Shown one piece after another: positions 10,838 through 23,628 of a stretch of 64,000 nucleotides of DNA. Location of the stretch: positions 2,604,001 through 2,668,000 of the forward strand of contig CDLV01000006.1 of assembly GCA_001244265.2 (NCBI GenBank), written 5' to 3'. This stretch comes from Microbotryum violaceum (Eukaryota). The position numbers and the translations under genes were made by a program. The notes under the pieces are model-generated. The model saw nothing but the letters and a program-made list of their open reading frames with translations. It was not told the origin of the DNA and searched no databases. Each line of letters starts with the position of its first letter. Within the stretch, counting starts at the first letter, position 1.

Positions 10838-13800
10838 ATGCCCCGATCAGGCGCCTCCACACCTCGTTCAACACCTTCGACCACTCGAGCAAACACCTTC
10901 ACCCAACCCAACAACGGAGGAACGGGACATTCCACACCGACCGAAACGACGTCATTACTCGATTCGGAAGAAGGTACCGTAAGAGCTTCGCGAAGAACTT
11001 ATGGCGGTGAAGGGATCGGTGGTGGTGGTGGTGGTGGTGGTGGTGGTGGACCGGTTACGTTCGAAGGGTTGGACGATGAAGAGGATGGGAGTGATTACCC
11101 TACTTTGCATGCTGGATTGTCGGGGAGAGAGGGAGGAGGGGGGTACGGGACTAGCGGAGGCGGCAGTCATGGACAGGGCAGAACAGCAGGTAAGTTTTGC
11201 ATGGGAGGGATCGATGGGAGGGGGAACTGAGATTGTATTCGTCGGGGTGAAATAGCCTTCGCTACCTTACCGACCAAACTAGCTCGCTCCGCTTCGGTCG
11301 CGAGGAAAGTCGAACGACGAGAACGGCGCAAGACCCAATGGAAAGTGTGGAGCAACAGGGCGAGGTATTACGTTCCCGTACGTGCACAACCACTTCAACT
11401 CCATCTTTGTTTTGGTGTGTGTCAAGGCTGAGGAGTAGAAAATACAGGTCTTGGCGTGGTTGCCTGATTATTCGTTCAAGGCCTTTACGGGTGACGTTAC
11501 GGCGGCTTTTACGGTGAGCCACAGAACTGCAGCTTATTCTCAGCTTTTTCGAGAAACAAGACACCTGATCAATTTTTAAACGGAGGGTACAGATGACATC
11601 GTTGATAGTTCCTCAATCCATGTCGTATTCGAGTAATCTGGTCAACAGTGATCCGGTCAGGTGAGGTCGAACTTCCGGTCGCGCCTGAGGAGAGCGCGGC
11701 TGTGCTGACTTTCATGTGGGGGTGCATCGGAATTGTCCTTCTAACAGTGGGTTATTGGGGGCTTCCATACCGCCCATGATATGTAAGTTGGTAGCATGAT
11801 CAGATTCGTTGTCATCTCTTCGACTGACACTCGCCATCCGCTGGCAGATTCGGTCCTCGGCACCTGTCGACAATTATCGGTCGGACCCGAAGCGGCGCTG
11901 TCCTTGATCATGGGCGAATCGATTTCCAAGATCATTGACGCCGAGACGCACGCCCATGGTGGTATGAGCAATAGTGCAAAGATGCAGTTGACATTCACGA
12001 TTACTTCGGTCATCGTCTTTCAGGCGGGCTTGATCACGTTTGCGTGAGTACTTGCGATGTGGAACAAAGTGGAAGGTGGTGTGCTGATGTTGGGCTTGTC
12101 TGTTGGTATGAATAGGCTGGGGATGCTGCGGTTAGGGTTCATCGATGCGGTTCTATCACGGGTGAGTATAGGGTTAATGTGAGTTTGACATTCAGCTAAC
12201 TCGCATCGATTGCGTCCTACTCAGGCCCTTCTCCGAGGCTTCATCACCGCCGTCGGGATCGTCATCTTCGTCGCGCAACTCATACCCATTCTCGGCCTCG
12301 AGCGTTATACCAAACAAGGAGCCGATACGACGCCGTCCAAATTGATGCTTGTGATAGAGCACGTGGACAAGGCGCACAAGTTGACGTTGATCGTCTCGTG
12401 CGTCGCGTTGCTCGTGCTGGTTTGGGCGAAGAGCTTCAAGGCAAGATTAGCGAAGCGGAGAGGGTATGGATTCTTGGCTTATGTGCCGGAGGTGTTGGTG
12501 GTGGTGATACTTTCGACGGGTCAGTTACTCGTATGGACCATATTTCGTCGCTAGACCTGTACTGACGCGCAGTCCGCATCCCAAAGTCTTCTCTGCTACT
12601 TTTGACTGGCAAGCCAAAGGCCTCTCCGTACTCGGCAAAGTCTCGATTGGGGATGTTCGGATCCTCCTTCCTTCTAGCAGCATCTTGGCGCGCAAGTACT
12701 CGTCGCAATGCATCGGAACGGCCAGCGTGCTCGCCATACTCGGTTTCTTGGATTCGATCGTTGGTGCCAAGGACAGCGCGGCCAAGTTTGATTACCCTAT
12801 TTCGTCAGTGCTAACCTCGGACAAAATTGTTTCTGGAAGTCGTCAAGCTTGTTAGCTGAAATTCTCGGCGAGTCTAAATGTCGTCAGACCCAATCGGGAA
12901 CTCGTCGCCATAGGAGCCGCCAACCTCGTCGCTTCGTTCGTCTCCGGCGCTCTACCAGGATACGGAAGCATTACACGCAGCCGACTGGCCGGAGCGACGG
13001 GGGCGACGACGCAGATGACCTCTTTGTTGACGGGTGTCTTTGTGCTGCTCGTTTCGTTCTTCTTACTCGGGTTCTTGTACGCTTTGCCAAAGTGTATCTT
13101 GGCCGTCATCATTTGCGTCGTCGTCTTTTCGATCCTTGCGGAGGCTCCTCATGATGTCATGGTCAGTGTTTCCTACTCGGCGTCGTACCACTATTCTCTT
13201 GACAGGATGCTCACCCCAGCCTTGAACTTTGTTAACGCAGTTCTTCTGGCGTATGCGAGCCTGGGTCGACCTGAGCCTGATGGCTATGACGTTCTTCCTC
13301 TCCCTCTTCATCAGCGTCGAAATAGGCATCATAGTATCCGTCGCGTTCTCCATGCTCCTTTGCATCAAACACTCCTCCGCCATGCGTATCAAAATCCTCG
13401 GTCGAGTACCCGGCACATCCTTTTACGAACCTTTGGAAGACGATGACGATGATGGACTTTTCCCGAGCGAAGAGATTCCCGGGATTTTGATCGTGAGGTT
13501 CAGGGACGCGTCGTTGACGTTTGCGAATGCGGGGGCGTTAAAGGAGCGGTTGAGGAGATTGGAAAGGTACGGTCAGGGGAGGCATCATCCTTCCGAGACG
13601 CCGAGTAGGGCTGAGGCTTCGTGAGTCCTCCCTTCCGTGGCTTTACATTAGGAAGGATTATGCATTGCTCATCTCGGTTAACCCTGATGTACAGCGTCAT
13701 CATATTTCACCTCGTCGACGTCGAAGATATCGACGCCTCCGCCCTTCAACTCATCTACGAACTCGTCGAAGCTTACGTATCCCGATCCGTTCTCGTCTAC

Positions 13801-13947
13801 TGGACCCAAATACAACCCATACCTTTGGCAAGGTTGAGGAAGGCAGGCGTATTGGAAATGTCGGGTGGGGAAGCGCATGTACAACCGAATGTACAGATGG
13901 CGTTGCAGGTTTTGGAACAGAGCGTGATTAGTGCGCAGTCGTTTTAG
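10838..13947 (+). CDS. SLC26/SulP sulfate/anion transporter with C-terminal STAS domain (YPR003C-like)
   Basis: Motifs RARYYVP, IVPQSMSYS, LGTCRQLSVGPEAALSL, RELVAIGAAN, PGYGSITRSR and FANAGALKERLRRLE, plus STAS DVEDIDASA. More than 10 introns. Confidence 0.9.
11018..11049. repeat. (GGT)n microsatellite encoding poly-Gly
   Basis: GGT run in the first exon of the transporter. Confidence 0.85.
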
Positions 13948-14133
13948 GTGGGTTAGCCGGGCCGAAGGGGGGGGGGGGATAATTTGGGTTTGGCAAGGGA
14001 ATTCGTTCGCGCTCGTTCGTTCGGTTTGGTGGTTACTACTATAAGAGCTTTTGCAATAGAGATTGGTTCGTTCAGGCTTTTCGGCGTTGTTCCCCCCCCC
14101 CGCCCCCTTATGCTGCATTTGCAACTGATGGTC

Positions 14134-14193
14134 TATAATGTCGGTACATATAATGTCGGTACATATAATGTCGGTACATATAATGTCGGTACA
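14134..14193. repeat. Perfect 15-bp tandem repeat x4 (TATAATGTCGGTACA)
   Basis: Four identical units between two convergent 3' ends. Confidence 0.95.
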
Positions 14194-14260
14194 AAGAAGA
14201 AAACAAAACGAATTCAACGTGGAAGGAAGTGAGAATCTACTGTACACTATCCCGAGCATC

Positions 14261-15443
14261 CTACCAAAACACTTTCCCCTTCTGCATCTCAGGCCATTCG
14301 ACCACTTCATGCAACTCGTTGAACATGGCCACACCGAGCGCGATGACCGTAGCGGTTTGGAAAGCCACTGCCGCCCAAAGGAGGTCGAATCCATGGCGTA
14401 ATTCGGGTTTCCAAGCGGTGATCGAACCTCCCAGAAGACCGGCTTCGAAGGCGGCGACCATGTTCATACTAAAATCGATGGCGTTGCCTTGGCAGAGTAG
14501 GTGAAAACCTATGACGCTAGTGAGGCTGAGGACGAAAGCGGGTAGAACGAGGATGAAGACGAGAAGGAGGAGATGCTTGGCATGGTATCGGTAAAACTTT
14601 TCGAGAACTGCGGGGACCGTTTTGGTGTTTGGGAAGTAGGCGAGGATCCAAAAGGGGATGTAAACCAGCAAAGCGGCGGCGAGGAGGCCGAGCGCTGAGA
14701 GGAGGATCGCCGGCGTTTGTTGAGAGACGAAGATGAGTTTGAGGGCCGTGAAGGCTGGCATCGCGGGAGAAACGAGGAGGAGCGAGGGGATATAGTCCGC
14801 TAGAATGTTTCTTTTTGTGCACACTCGTTCGGTCGTCCCCGGAGCAACGGCGCAAGAGGCTGTGAACGAACGTTTAAACCGATCAGCTCGGTAGCTCCCA
14901 GCGCAGGGAGATCATATATTTCACCTCACCGAGCAAGCTATAATCCAGTCGGCCCGTCGTCCCTTCTCCAACTTGGACGATACTCAAATACGGAATCGTG
15001 CATTCGACCAGCGAGACGAGCAACAGGAACATTCCCAGGATGTGGAACAGAAGCGGTGAAGCGGCCCACCACATGGCCTCGATCCTCGGCCAGGGCCAAT
15101 TCCGAGGATTCCAAGCCGAAGTCGATCTTGATCGTGCATCTTGCGAGGAAGCTAGTGTTGAAAGAGAAATGATCTTGAGTGGAAGAGGTTCAAATGAGGT
15201 AGTGTATGAAGCCTTTTTATCAGGGATCGCTGCTCTTGTTCGAGGATCCGATTGCGCTGTGCTTGTCTGGTCGAAGCTCGGCACGGCGCCAATAGGAGCG
15301 GAGCCCATGCTGGCCGGGTCTGTATGGACGAAGGCTGGGAACGAGCCGAGTTCGATTGATCGGTCCATGACGTTTGCAATCTGGTTTTGCATTTGCATTT
15401 GGTTCCTCGGCAAACTTGAAGAGCGTGGTAGAGGGAACGACAT
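14261..15443 (-). CDS. Four-TM membrane protein, SUR7/PalI-like
   Basis: Two exons (intron 14860-14929). One N-terminal TM, a Cys-containing loop (DYSLLASC...VC), then three further hydrophobic helices. Confidence 0.6.
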
Positions 15444-16492
15444 GGCCACAGTATGAACTGCGAAGGCGTGCAAGCGGGGCTGGGTGATGGTTGCCGAGAC
15501 ACAAAGGATCGGGCTGGTACAGGCGTTTTCGGACGAGCTTGACGAAATTTGCTGCGAGGCCGTATGAGCGCTCTGTCACGCAGATACGCCTGATGAAAGC
15601 TCGCGAATGAGTAAAATGGAGTAAAGAGTCCAAAGAGCAACTATGAGCAAGTCGTGTCTGGGAGGCACACAAAGACCCCTCAGGCCGGGAAGAGCTGCCG
15701 AGCCGTTCGCGCCTTTGTCTTCCAGCAAGCGCGCCTTGTCGCCTTTGTTCTGCGGCACCGATCGTCTCTCTCCACAAAGTTAAACTCGTCCGCTTTTCCA
15801 TCGGAAATTGACTGTGGCATCTCGCTCTAACAACTGCTCAATGAATGAAAAGGAGATTATCTCCCTGCGATCTGTAAGAGCATGGGTAGGGCAGCTGTGT
15901 TTCTTGGGATTTGAATAAAGTTGCCCAACGCCGGCTCCCGCTTTGGGCCTGGCTTGCGCGCGCTAGTCCTCATTCTGAGTCAGACGTCGGTCGATGATAT
16001 CGATACGTGATCCGATCGCCGACACGATGATCAGAAGCAGGCCCGTTATATCCGACACCTTGTGGAAAATGAAAGAAAAACATGATAAGAAACACATGTT
16101 ATTCATGAAATCAGTATCTAGTTTCTAGGACGTCGCATGAGAAACTCGCAAGCTCACTTGGGCGATACGATATATAGGAGGTTTTTTTTTTTCTCCTTAG
16201 GAATGAATAAAGTCGACATGACCGAGCTTGACACGCAATGAGCCTCGGGTAATTGATTGATTATGTAATGCCTTACCAGGCCAAAGAGTGAATGAAGAGC
16301 TATTCAAGAATTACTCTGTATCACTACTGAACTCTAGAACTAATCATGTCATATAACATAACCAATGTCATTGGCTGCGAGGACGATTCAAACTGGACGC
16401 ATATATCCAGCTTCACCAACGTCATCGGCCGGCTGACCGCGCTCGGCGGTCGGGCTCAGCTTCTGTCCATCCAGCACCCTGCTCATCCCGAT

Positions 16493-17653
16493 ATGGCGAC
16501 CCGTCCACATTCCATCATTATCTTGAATGACTATCAAAATGCATCCTCGACCGCCGACTGGTCCCAGATTCCCAAGGACGCGGAAATGAAAGTGATGAAC
16601 ACGGCGATCGCCCGATGAACACGGCGATCGCCCCAGACGACCTCGTCGAGACGTTGAGGCCCTACACCATCATTCACGCAATGCGTAAGAGAATCAAATT
16701 TCCTAGATCGGTTTTGGAACACCTTCCGAATCTCAAGTTCATCTCCACAACTGGGATGCGAAAGTGAGCATCGGGATGCTCATCCAGTAAGGGCTGGCAG
16801 GACCCCCACATGGGACTTACACTGCACGAGCTGTGACCCCTCTTGGCAGCCGAGGCATCGACTTACAAGCCTGTGAGGATTTAGGCATAACTGTCAGTGG
16901 TACGACCGCGAACGGGAACACCGCTTCGGGAACGGTCGAACAAACATGGGCCTTGATCCTGGCGCTCTCGCGGCGGATCGTGGTTGAACACGTCAACTTG
17001 AAGACCCAAGTTCCGAGCTGGCAGACCGGTGTCGCCACTGCTTTATCGGGCAAGACGCTGGGACTTATAGGTCTGGGGAGAATTGGAAAAGCTGTGGCGA
17101 ACGTCGCCAAGGCGTTCGGGATGGAGGTTGTAGGGTGGAGCCCGAATCTGAATGAAGAGAGGGCCAAGGAAGCTGGCGTTGAGCTCGCCTCGTCGTTGGG
17201 AGGTTTATTGACGCGCAGTGACGTCGTATCAATCCACATCATCTCGTCCGATTTGACAAAGGATCTCATTTCTCACCACCAATTGGAGATGATGAAGAAG
17301 ACGGCGATCTTGGTCAACACCTCGAGGGGTCCGATCGTGAATGAGCAAGCTTTGCTTCGGGGATTGCAAGAGGGGACGATTGCTGGGGCTGGATTGGACG
17401 TTTTCAACGAGGAACCCTTGCCGATATCGCATCCGTTCAGGAAACTCGAAAATGTTGTCCTTTCCCCACATATGGGCTACGTTGACGACACGACGATGAA
17501 CGTGTTCTGGTGAGCCTGGTCGGTCGTTAGATACTTAGAAACGGGCTGACGTGTTTTCAAGTACGAAATAGGGAGCAAACACCGGAAAATATCGCGGCAT
17601 TTCTCAACAACAAGCCCGTGCGAGTCATGCAGACCGGCTCAGATGCTTTTTAA
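16493..17653 (+). pseudogene. D-isomer-specific 2-hydroxyacid dehydrogenase, frameshifted in exon 1 as assembled
   Basis: ILNDYQ N-terminus, STTGMRNRGID, GLIGLGRIG, VNTSRG, LDVFNEEP and SPHMGY. A 20-bp tandem duplication at 16594-16633 causes a stop at 16616-16618. Confidence 0.75.
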
Positions 17654-17988
17654 AACGCGAATTGGATTCTATCTTCTCGTGCCCGATCAGCCGAATAGTG
17701 GGGTGACCTCGGCACTCTGCCAGGCTGTGCGACGTTCAAGTTATTGGGCTATCGGGTAGTAGGGGCAGACCGTGCAAAATTAGACAGAGTATTTTGAGCA
17801 AAGCAAAAAGTTTGAGCCTCTCCTTGCTGTCCCTTCTTCACAGCTCGGTCAACAAGGCACATCCGGAAAAAGTTTGTCTCGGTCGAGCTGGCGGCGGCAC
17901 CACCCCGAAGTGGGGGTCGGCGTCGCCTCTTCGCGAGCTACTCCTGCTTCCTCTTCCGCCTCCGCGCACCAACGCACGCTCCAAGGCT

Positions 17989-20898
17989 ATGGCGTCCGTC
18001 AGGGCTCCAGTAGGGCGGAGTTGCTCTTGCATAAAGACAAAACGGTTCTTCTCTACCTCCTCCCTCCAACGCTGGCGACTGCCGTCTACCTCGTCGATAG
18101 CCTCGCTGCCAATCGACGTTCACCCTGCCGTACAGCAAGCTCAAGCGGAGAGGGCACCTGTCGTAGCTCTCGAATCGACTTTGATTACGCATGGTAAGCT
18201 AGCAGATTGCGCAGAAAGCTTTCAAGGGAGACTTTGGCGGCGGCTTATCCTTTCTTCACTTGCTCGACGTGCTCTGGTGTCGCACAGGCATGTCACCACC
18301 GCATTGCTACGAGCTACCTTTGGAATGCGAGGCCATTCTCAGAGACCAGGGAGTCGTGCCAGCAACCATCGCCATCCTCGATGGGAGGATCAAAGTCGGC
18401 CTCGAGCCGCAACAGCTTGCACAACTGGCCGATAAGGCACATTTGAAGGACAAGGGCGATTCGGAACTGTGGAAGGTGGGGAGAAGGGAGCTGGGGGCAT
18501 GTTTGGTCAAGGTACGAACGTGATTTGCGTTCAATCGACCAGGAAGGATAGTTCACCTCTTATTCATTGCGTGGGAAAATTCGACTCGGGCAGGGTTTCT
18601 CAGGAGGTACTACGGTCTCGGCAACGATGGCGATAGCACATATGGTCGGCATCAAGATTTTCTCCACCGGCGGGATAGGTGGTGTACATCGAGGTGCAGA
18701 GACAAGTGAGTATTATTGATCGGACGTGTAGAATGCACCTGAGGTGCTGACTCGGACGGCTCGAGGTTACATTCACAAGGTTTCGACATCTCGTCCGACT
18801 TGATCGCTCTCGCCGACACCCCTGTTGCTGTCGTCTGCGCTGGATCAAAGTCAATCCTGGATATAGGACTCACCCTTGAGTACCTTGTACATTGACGACT
18901 CTACGTGGCAAATCCATGCGAATTGACGGATGGGCTGATCTGGATGCTTGCACGATACCATTGACAGGAAGCGCATGCCGTGCCCGTCGCATCCCTTGCT
19001 ACTGATGAGTGGCCAGCATTCTATTCGCCCACGTCGGGATTCAAGTCACCGATGCGAATCAACACCGAGGCAGAAGCAGCCGAAATCATTGGTTCGTCTT
19101 CGGCTGCCTGCGCATTCTTGGTCTGGCCTAACAGCGCTTCTACCATCGCCTGCACCAGCTATGACAGATCGGCTAGGTCTCCAAAGCTCGCTCCTGCTTG
19201 GTGTTCCGATACCAAAGGAACACCACCCAGAAGGTGCCGCAATTCAAAAGGCGGTCGAGCGAGCCGTTCGGGAAAGCGTGGAGAATGGCTTGGCCAAGAG
19301 TGGCAAAGCCGTCACGCCTTGGTTGCTCGCTAGGGTCGGGCAGTTGACCACGGGGAGAGCTGTCATCTCCAGTGAGTCCCCGACGAGGACAAGATTACTC
19401 ATTCTTTATTGGACACTGAATGGTGCTGGACTTCATCACAGATCGGGCACTCATCAAGAATAATGTCAGAGTGGGAGGCAGGGTGGCGCAAGAATATGCT
19501 CGGCTCATGAAAGAGGTGTGATGATTTGCCCCGTTACGTAACGTTGTCGTGTAGCTGAACGTTCTTCGACACCTGGAATAGCAGAGACATCCGACAAAAA
19601 CGCATGCTCCAGCGTTACGTGGTTTCTCACGACCCGCAACCTCACTTTCTGCCCCGCCAGCCCTAGCCACTCCGGGCCCGCCACCACCTTCCGCCTCCGC
19701 AGCTCTCGTCGTCATCGGGTCTCTCGCGGTCGACATCTCAATGATCCCAACCTCTTCACCACTGCAGACTACCTCCCCAGGCTCCGTCCATACCTCTCTC
19801 GGCGGTGTTGCAGGCAATGTTGCCGCCGCTGCCCAATCTATTGGCATATCCGACGTCCTGCTCGTCGCAGCGATAGGGGACGATCCTCTAGGATCTCTCG
19901 CGCGGACGCGACTCGAGGATCGTGGTATGCGGAGCGATGGCTTAATTTCATCGCTTAAGGACGGTCGAACAGCTACGTGTGGTTTTTTGTTGGATGAAAA
20001 AGGTGGACTTGTAGGCGGTGTGGCGGACATGTCGATTGCGACTTCGTTACCCGTTCAGGAGGTGCTTGAGAGATTGAAGCGGGCCGAACCGAATACTGTG
20101 GTGATGGATGGAAACCTCTCGATATCGTTGTTGACGGCAGTATTAGGGTACTGTCGGGAGAAGGAGATTTGGACCATCTTCGAGCCAACCTCGAACGCCC
20201 AATCACTCAAAATTCTCCGAGCCCTTTCTGACCCCCTCCCTTCCTCGGCTGGTCGACATCCCACTGAAGAAACCCCCCCTGTCAGTCTAATCACGCCCAA
20301 CATTCACGAACTACAAGTGCTCTACGAACAGGTCACAGGCGCATCTCCAGCGAAACCGCATTGGGAAGCCGGCAACTGGTTCGACTTCATTACTTTACCT
20401 CATCACCTCTTGGCTAGGGATCTCCCCGAATGGATCACGGGGCAAGGCGTAGTCCAAATGGCTGTGAGGCTCCTACCCCTCGTCGGATGTGTACTCGTCA
20501 AAGCGGGGGAAAGGGGCGTCGTCGTTATCCAACGAATCAGTGGAGGGGATCGAGTGACTCAATGGCAGAAGGAACAAGGGAAAAACGTCGTCGTTGCACC
20601 TTGTACAAAGACGGGGAGGGAGGCCGTCGTCGTTGCTTATTATCCTGGCATTGAGATGGGAGAAGGGAAGATCGTTTCCGTTACTGGGGCCGGGGATTCG
20701 TTAGCGGGCGCTTTGGGGGCTTTAATGAGTAGAGGAAAGAGGCTGGATGACTTTGGCGAGTTGAAGGGGGTCGTGGATGTTGCTCAACAGGCGGCGGTAA
20801 GGACTTTGATGAGTTCGGAAGCGGTGGGGGATTTGACTTGGTTGCGGGATGCTTTGCCGGTTCTTACAGAGGGGCGGGAGACTATGGCCTTAAAATAA
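17989..20898 (+). CDS. Bifunctional pseudouridine-5'-phosphate glycosidase (PsuG/IndA) + PfkB-family kinase
   Basis: [62 protein letters not shown] and KAVTPWLL, then PfkB motifs GGVAGNVA and VTGAGDS. Confidence 0.9.
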
Positions 20899-21017
20899 TT
20901 GAGACGAATCCACACAGTTGATACAGACAATACAAGAACAACAAGGTGAACATGGTATGCGTACATTCTATCGTCCCCTAGGGGGATATCTTTTCTCGCC
21001 TAAGCCCTCCATGGCCA

Positions 21018-22672
21018 TCAACCCCTCCTAGCCGTCGAGCTCCTCCCCCTTGTGACTTCCTCCTCCCCTCCACTCTCCAGCTCTTCACCCACCGGCCCCA
21101 ACCAACGATCCCCTCCCTCACCATTCTCTATACTTATCCCTGGTGGAAGTGTCTCCTTGAGTTCGGTTTCATCCGTTTTACTCGTGCTCATGCCGACCGA
21201 AGGAGGTGCGGTACTTGTTGTGGCTGGAGCCCACCAACTAGTAAAAACGATAGCTGACAGGATCAATATCGAGACGCTTAAAGGAGAAAGAAATCTCGCG
21301 CTACTCACTACACGGGGTATCGTCTCCCTCGACCGAGATTGTTGATGATCATGCCCCAGAGACCCATCAGCGCGACGGTCGAGGTGATGAGCAAGACAAA
21401 GGCCCATCGCTGGGGTTGTGTAACGGCGATGACTAACGAATCAAAATGGAGATCATGTCCGATGAGAAGGACTTAATAATGAAGCGTGTACCGGTGAAAC
21501 TTACGAGCTGTCGCACCTCCTGCCAACGCGAGCGATCGAGAAGCATGTTTTCCACTCCATTAGCATGAGCATTGATTCGCTGTGTTGACGGCCATCACCT
21601 TTCCGACTCACCTGGTGGATGCACCGTTTTGGTTAATTGCATTACTGAGATACTCGTTGCGACAGTGAGTGCCAATGCGACGGGAACGAGACCTGAGAAC
21701 TCGTTCCGTGAGGCTAAGTTGGCATTCGACCATTTGGGAGAGAGGGAGAAGAGGAGACCAATCTATGAGTCGATTTCGGGGCCAGGTCTAAGCTCTCTAA
21801 CCCAGGAAACTTATGATGAAGGCAGGGACGTACTATGCTTCCCGTCAGAGCGGAAAAGAGATGCCCTCCCACGAGTGCGCGCGGTTGGGATAGGGGTCCT
21901 TCGGGAACGCCATACACCAGCACGGCTGTGGCGCCGAGCGAGCCAATCGCCAGCGGTAACACTTGGGTCCACTCGAAGGCAAAGACAGACGACAAGGCGC
22001 AAGCGATGAGGATCGAGACAAATGAACCCAGCCATGTGATCAAGATGTTCTCGCCTTGCTTCGGGAGGAATGCGAAGGGTGTCAACAAGCGAGAGGAGAG
22101 GGGCCTAATATTAAATTAAGGGGCGAGCGGGGATCGCGGTGTCAGAACGTGTCCAATCTGGCATCCAAGGAAGATCCCGAACGAGCTCGCCTTGTAGGAG
22201 GTCTGTGACCAAGGAAATGTGCGAGCTCGGGCGGTAGTCTTTCGACCCATGTCGGCCTGTGGACGTTAGATACGATAATAGTCGACGTCGCGTCCGAGCC
22301 TCTGTGATGACTGGGCCGCGCGGTGCCCGTCGGGTTGAAACTCCGAGGTGGCGAATCATCGGCAGCCCCACGTCCCGGCGATGCTGCGCCTCCGTAAGTG
22401 TTCGCAGTTCCTCCTCGACTAGTCGACCTGAGCACCCTCCAAAGCGGTGCTCGACTTCCCGAATCCGAACCACGGTCCAAGCTGATCGATTCGGACCTAA
22501 TGTTACTGCCAATTGTCGAAGGTCGACCGCGAGAATGTGAGAACCGTCTCGCTCCCGCGCCGAGAGTCGCTGAGGCCCGGAGAGGGGACAGAGAAGCCTC
22601 CCTCTCGAAGCCGGTGCGATGGTGGATGGGTTGAGGAACCGGGATCGGGTTCGACGCGGCGACCGATGTCAT
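21018..22672 (-). CDS. HPP family integral membrane protein
   Basis: IGSLGATAVLVYGVPEGPLSQPRALVGGH and the KTVHPPG signature; multi-exon. Confidence 0.88.
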
Positions 22673-22789
22673 GGAGGCGAGGGTCGAAGGGTTTGTATCA
22701 ATGCTATGAACGCATGCAGCGGGGAAAGAGAGGGGCAATGCGCGAGATGACCGCCCGAGGGTGAAAAAGGGAGACACCATCTGTCGCGG

Positions 22790-22812
22790 GCTAAGCCGCT
22801 AAGCCGCTAAGG
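22790..22812. repeat. 8-bp repeat x3 (GCTAAGCC) upstream of the HPP gene
   Basis: gctaagcc gctaagcc gctaagg in the divergent HPP/AGC1 intergenic region. Confidence 0.6.
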
Positions 22813-23628
22813 CGCGCAGGCCCCCACTGACCCCCATCTCCGGCGCGGACAACGACTCCACGTGGCGACGTGGAAAGGTGGCTATGTACCCGAACAGGAG
22901 TATGATCCTGCGTTTGGCTCTCCCATCCCATCCTCTTAACCAGTCGTTCTCGTATGTACACTACCTACCGTGTCTCTGCCGACCGAGACGTGAATCACGT
23001 AATCACTGCATCTCCGAGTCGCCTCGGCAGTTCGGTTGAGCTGCCGAGGACCGAGATCGCTGATCGTCAATTTTGCAAGTTGCAATGTGGACTCCAAGTC
23101 GAGAGCGAGACTCTGAAGCGCACGCACCACATGACATCCCGAGAGAATTGTAAAGTTCGTGAAATCACTACTGCAGCAGATACTTTATCCTGATGTCGGA
23201 GCTCGGCAGCAGTTATTCACGTAGTTATTGTTCGCGGACTCACTGCCAGTCGTGGTCACTAGTAATGCATGCAGTCCGGGTCCGTCGAGCGCTCAGCGCC
23301 GCCTTGCCCTTGTCCGAGCCACATTCGTCTTTTGTTTTCTCTTGTGAAGTTATTGTGAAGGAACGTCGAACTAGCCCCGATTCAAAATAGGTCCCTCCCG
23401 TCCAGGCATATTTCCTCCCTATCGCCGAGACGACTCCGAGGTCGAATCGTCGTGACCGTCGGCGTCACTGCTGTCCGGCGACAGGCGGCCTGAGCGGCGG
23501 CCGACGAGACGAGGGAAAACGCGGGGTTCGATCCGGCCTTGCCCGGCTCGCGCCTGTTTTTCGGCTTGCATCCTCGACTCCAGTTTCCCGTGAGCCCAAG
23601 AGCGGCGGCAGACACGTCCGGTAACACC

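Noticed and set aside
14134-14193. CRISPR-like array
   Set aside because: Repeats are contiguous with no spacers, the context is eukaryotic, and there are no cas genes.
23521-23540. B-box-like GGTTCGATCC
   Set aside because: No T-stem or cloverleaf around it.
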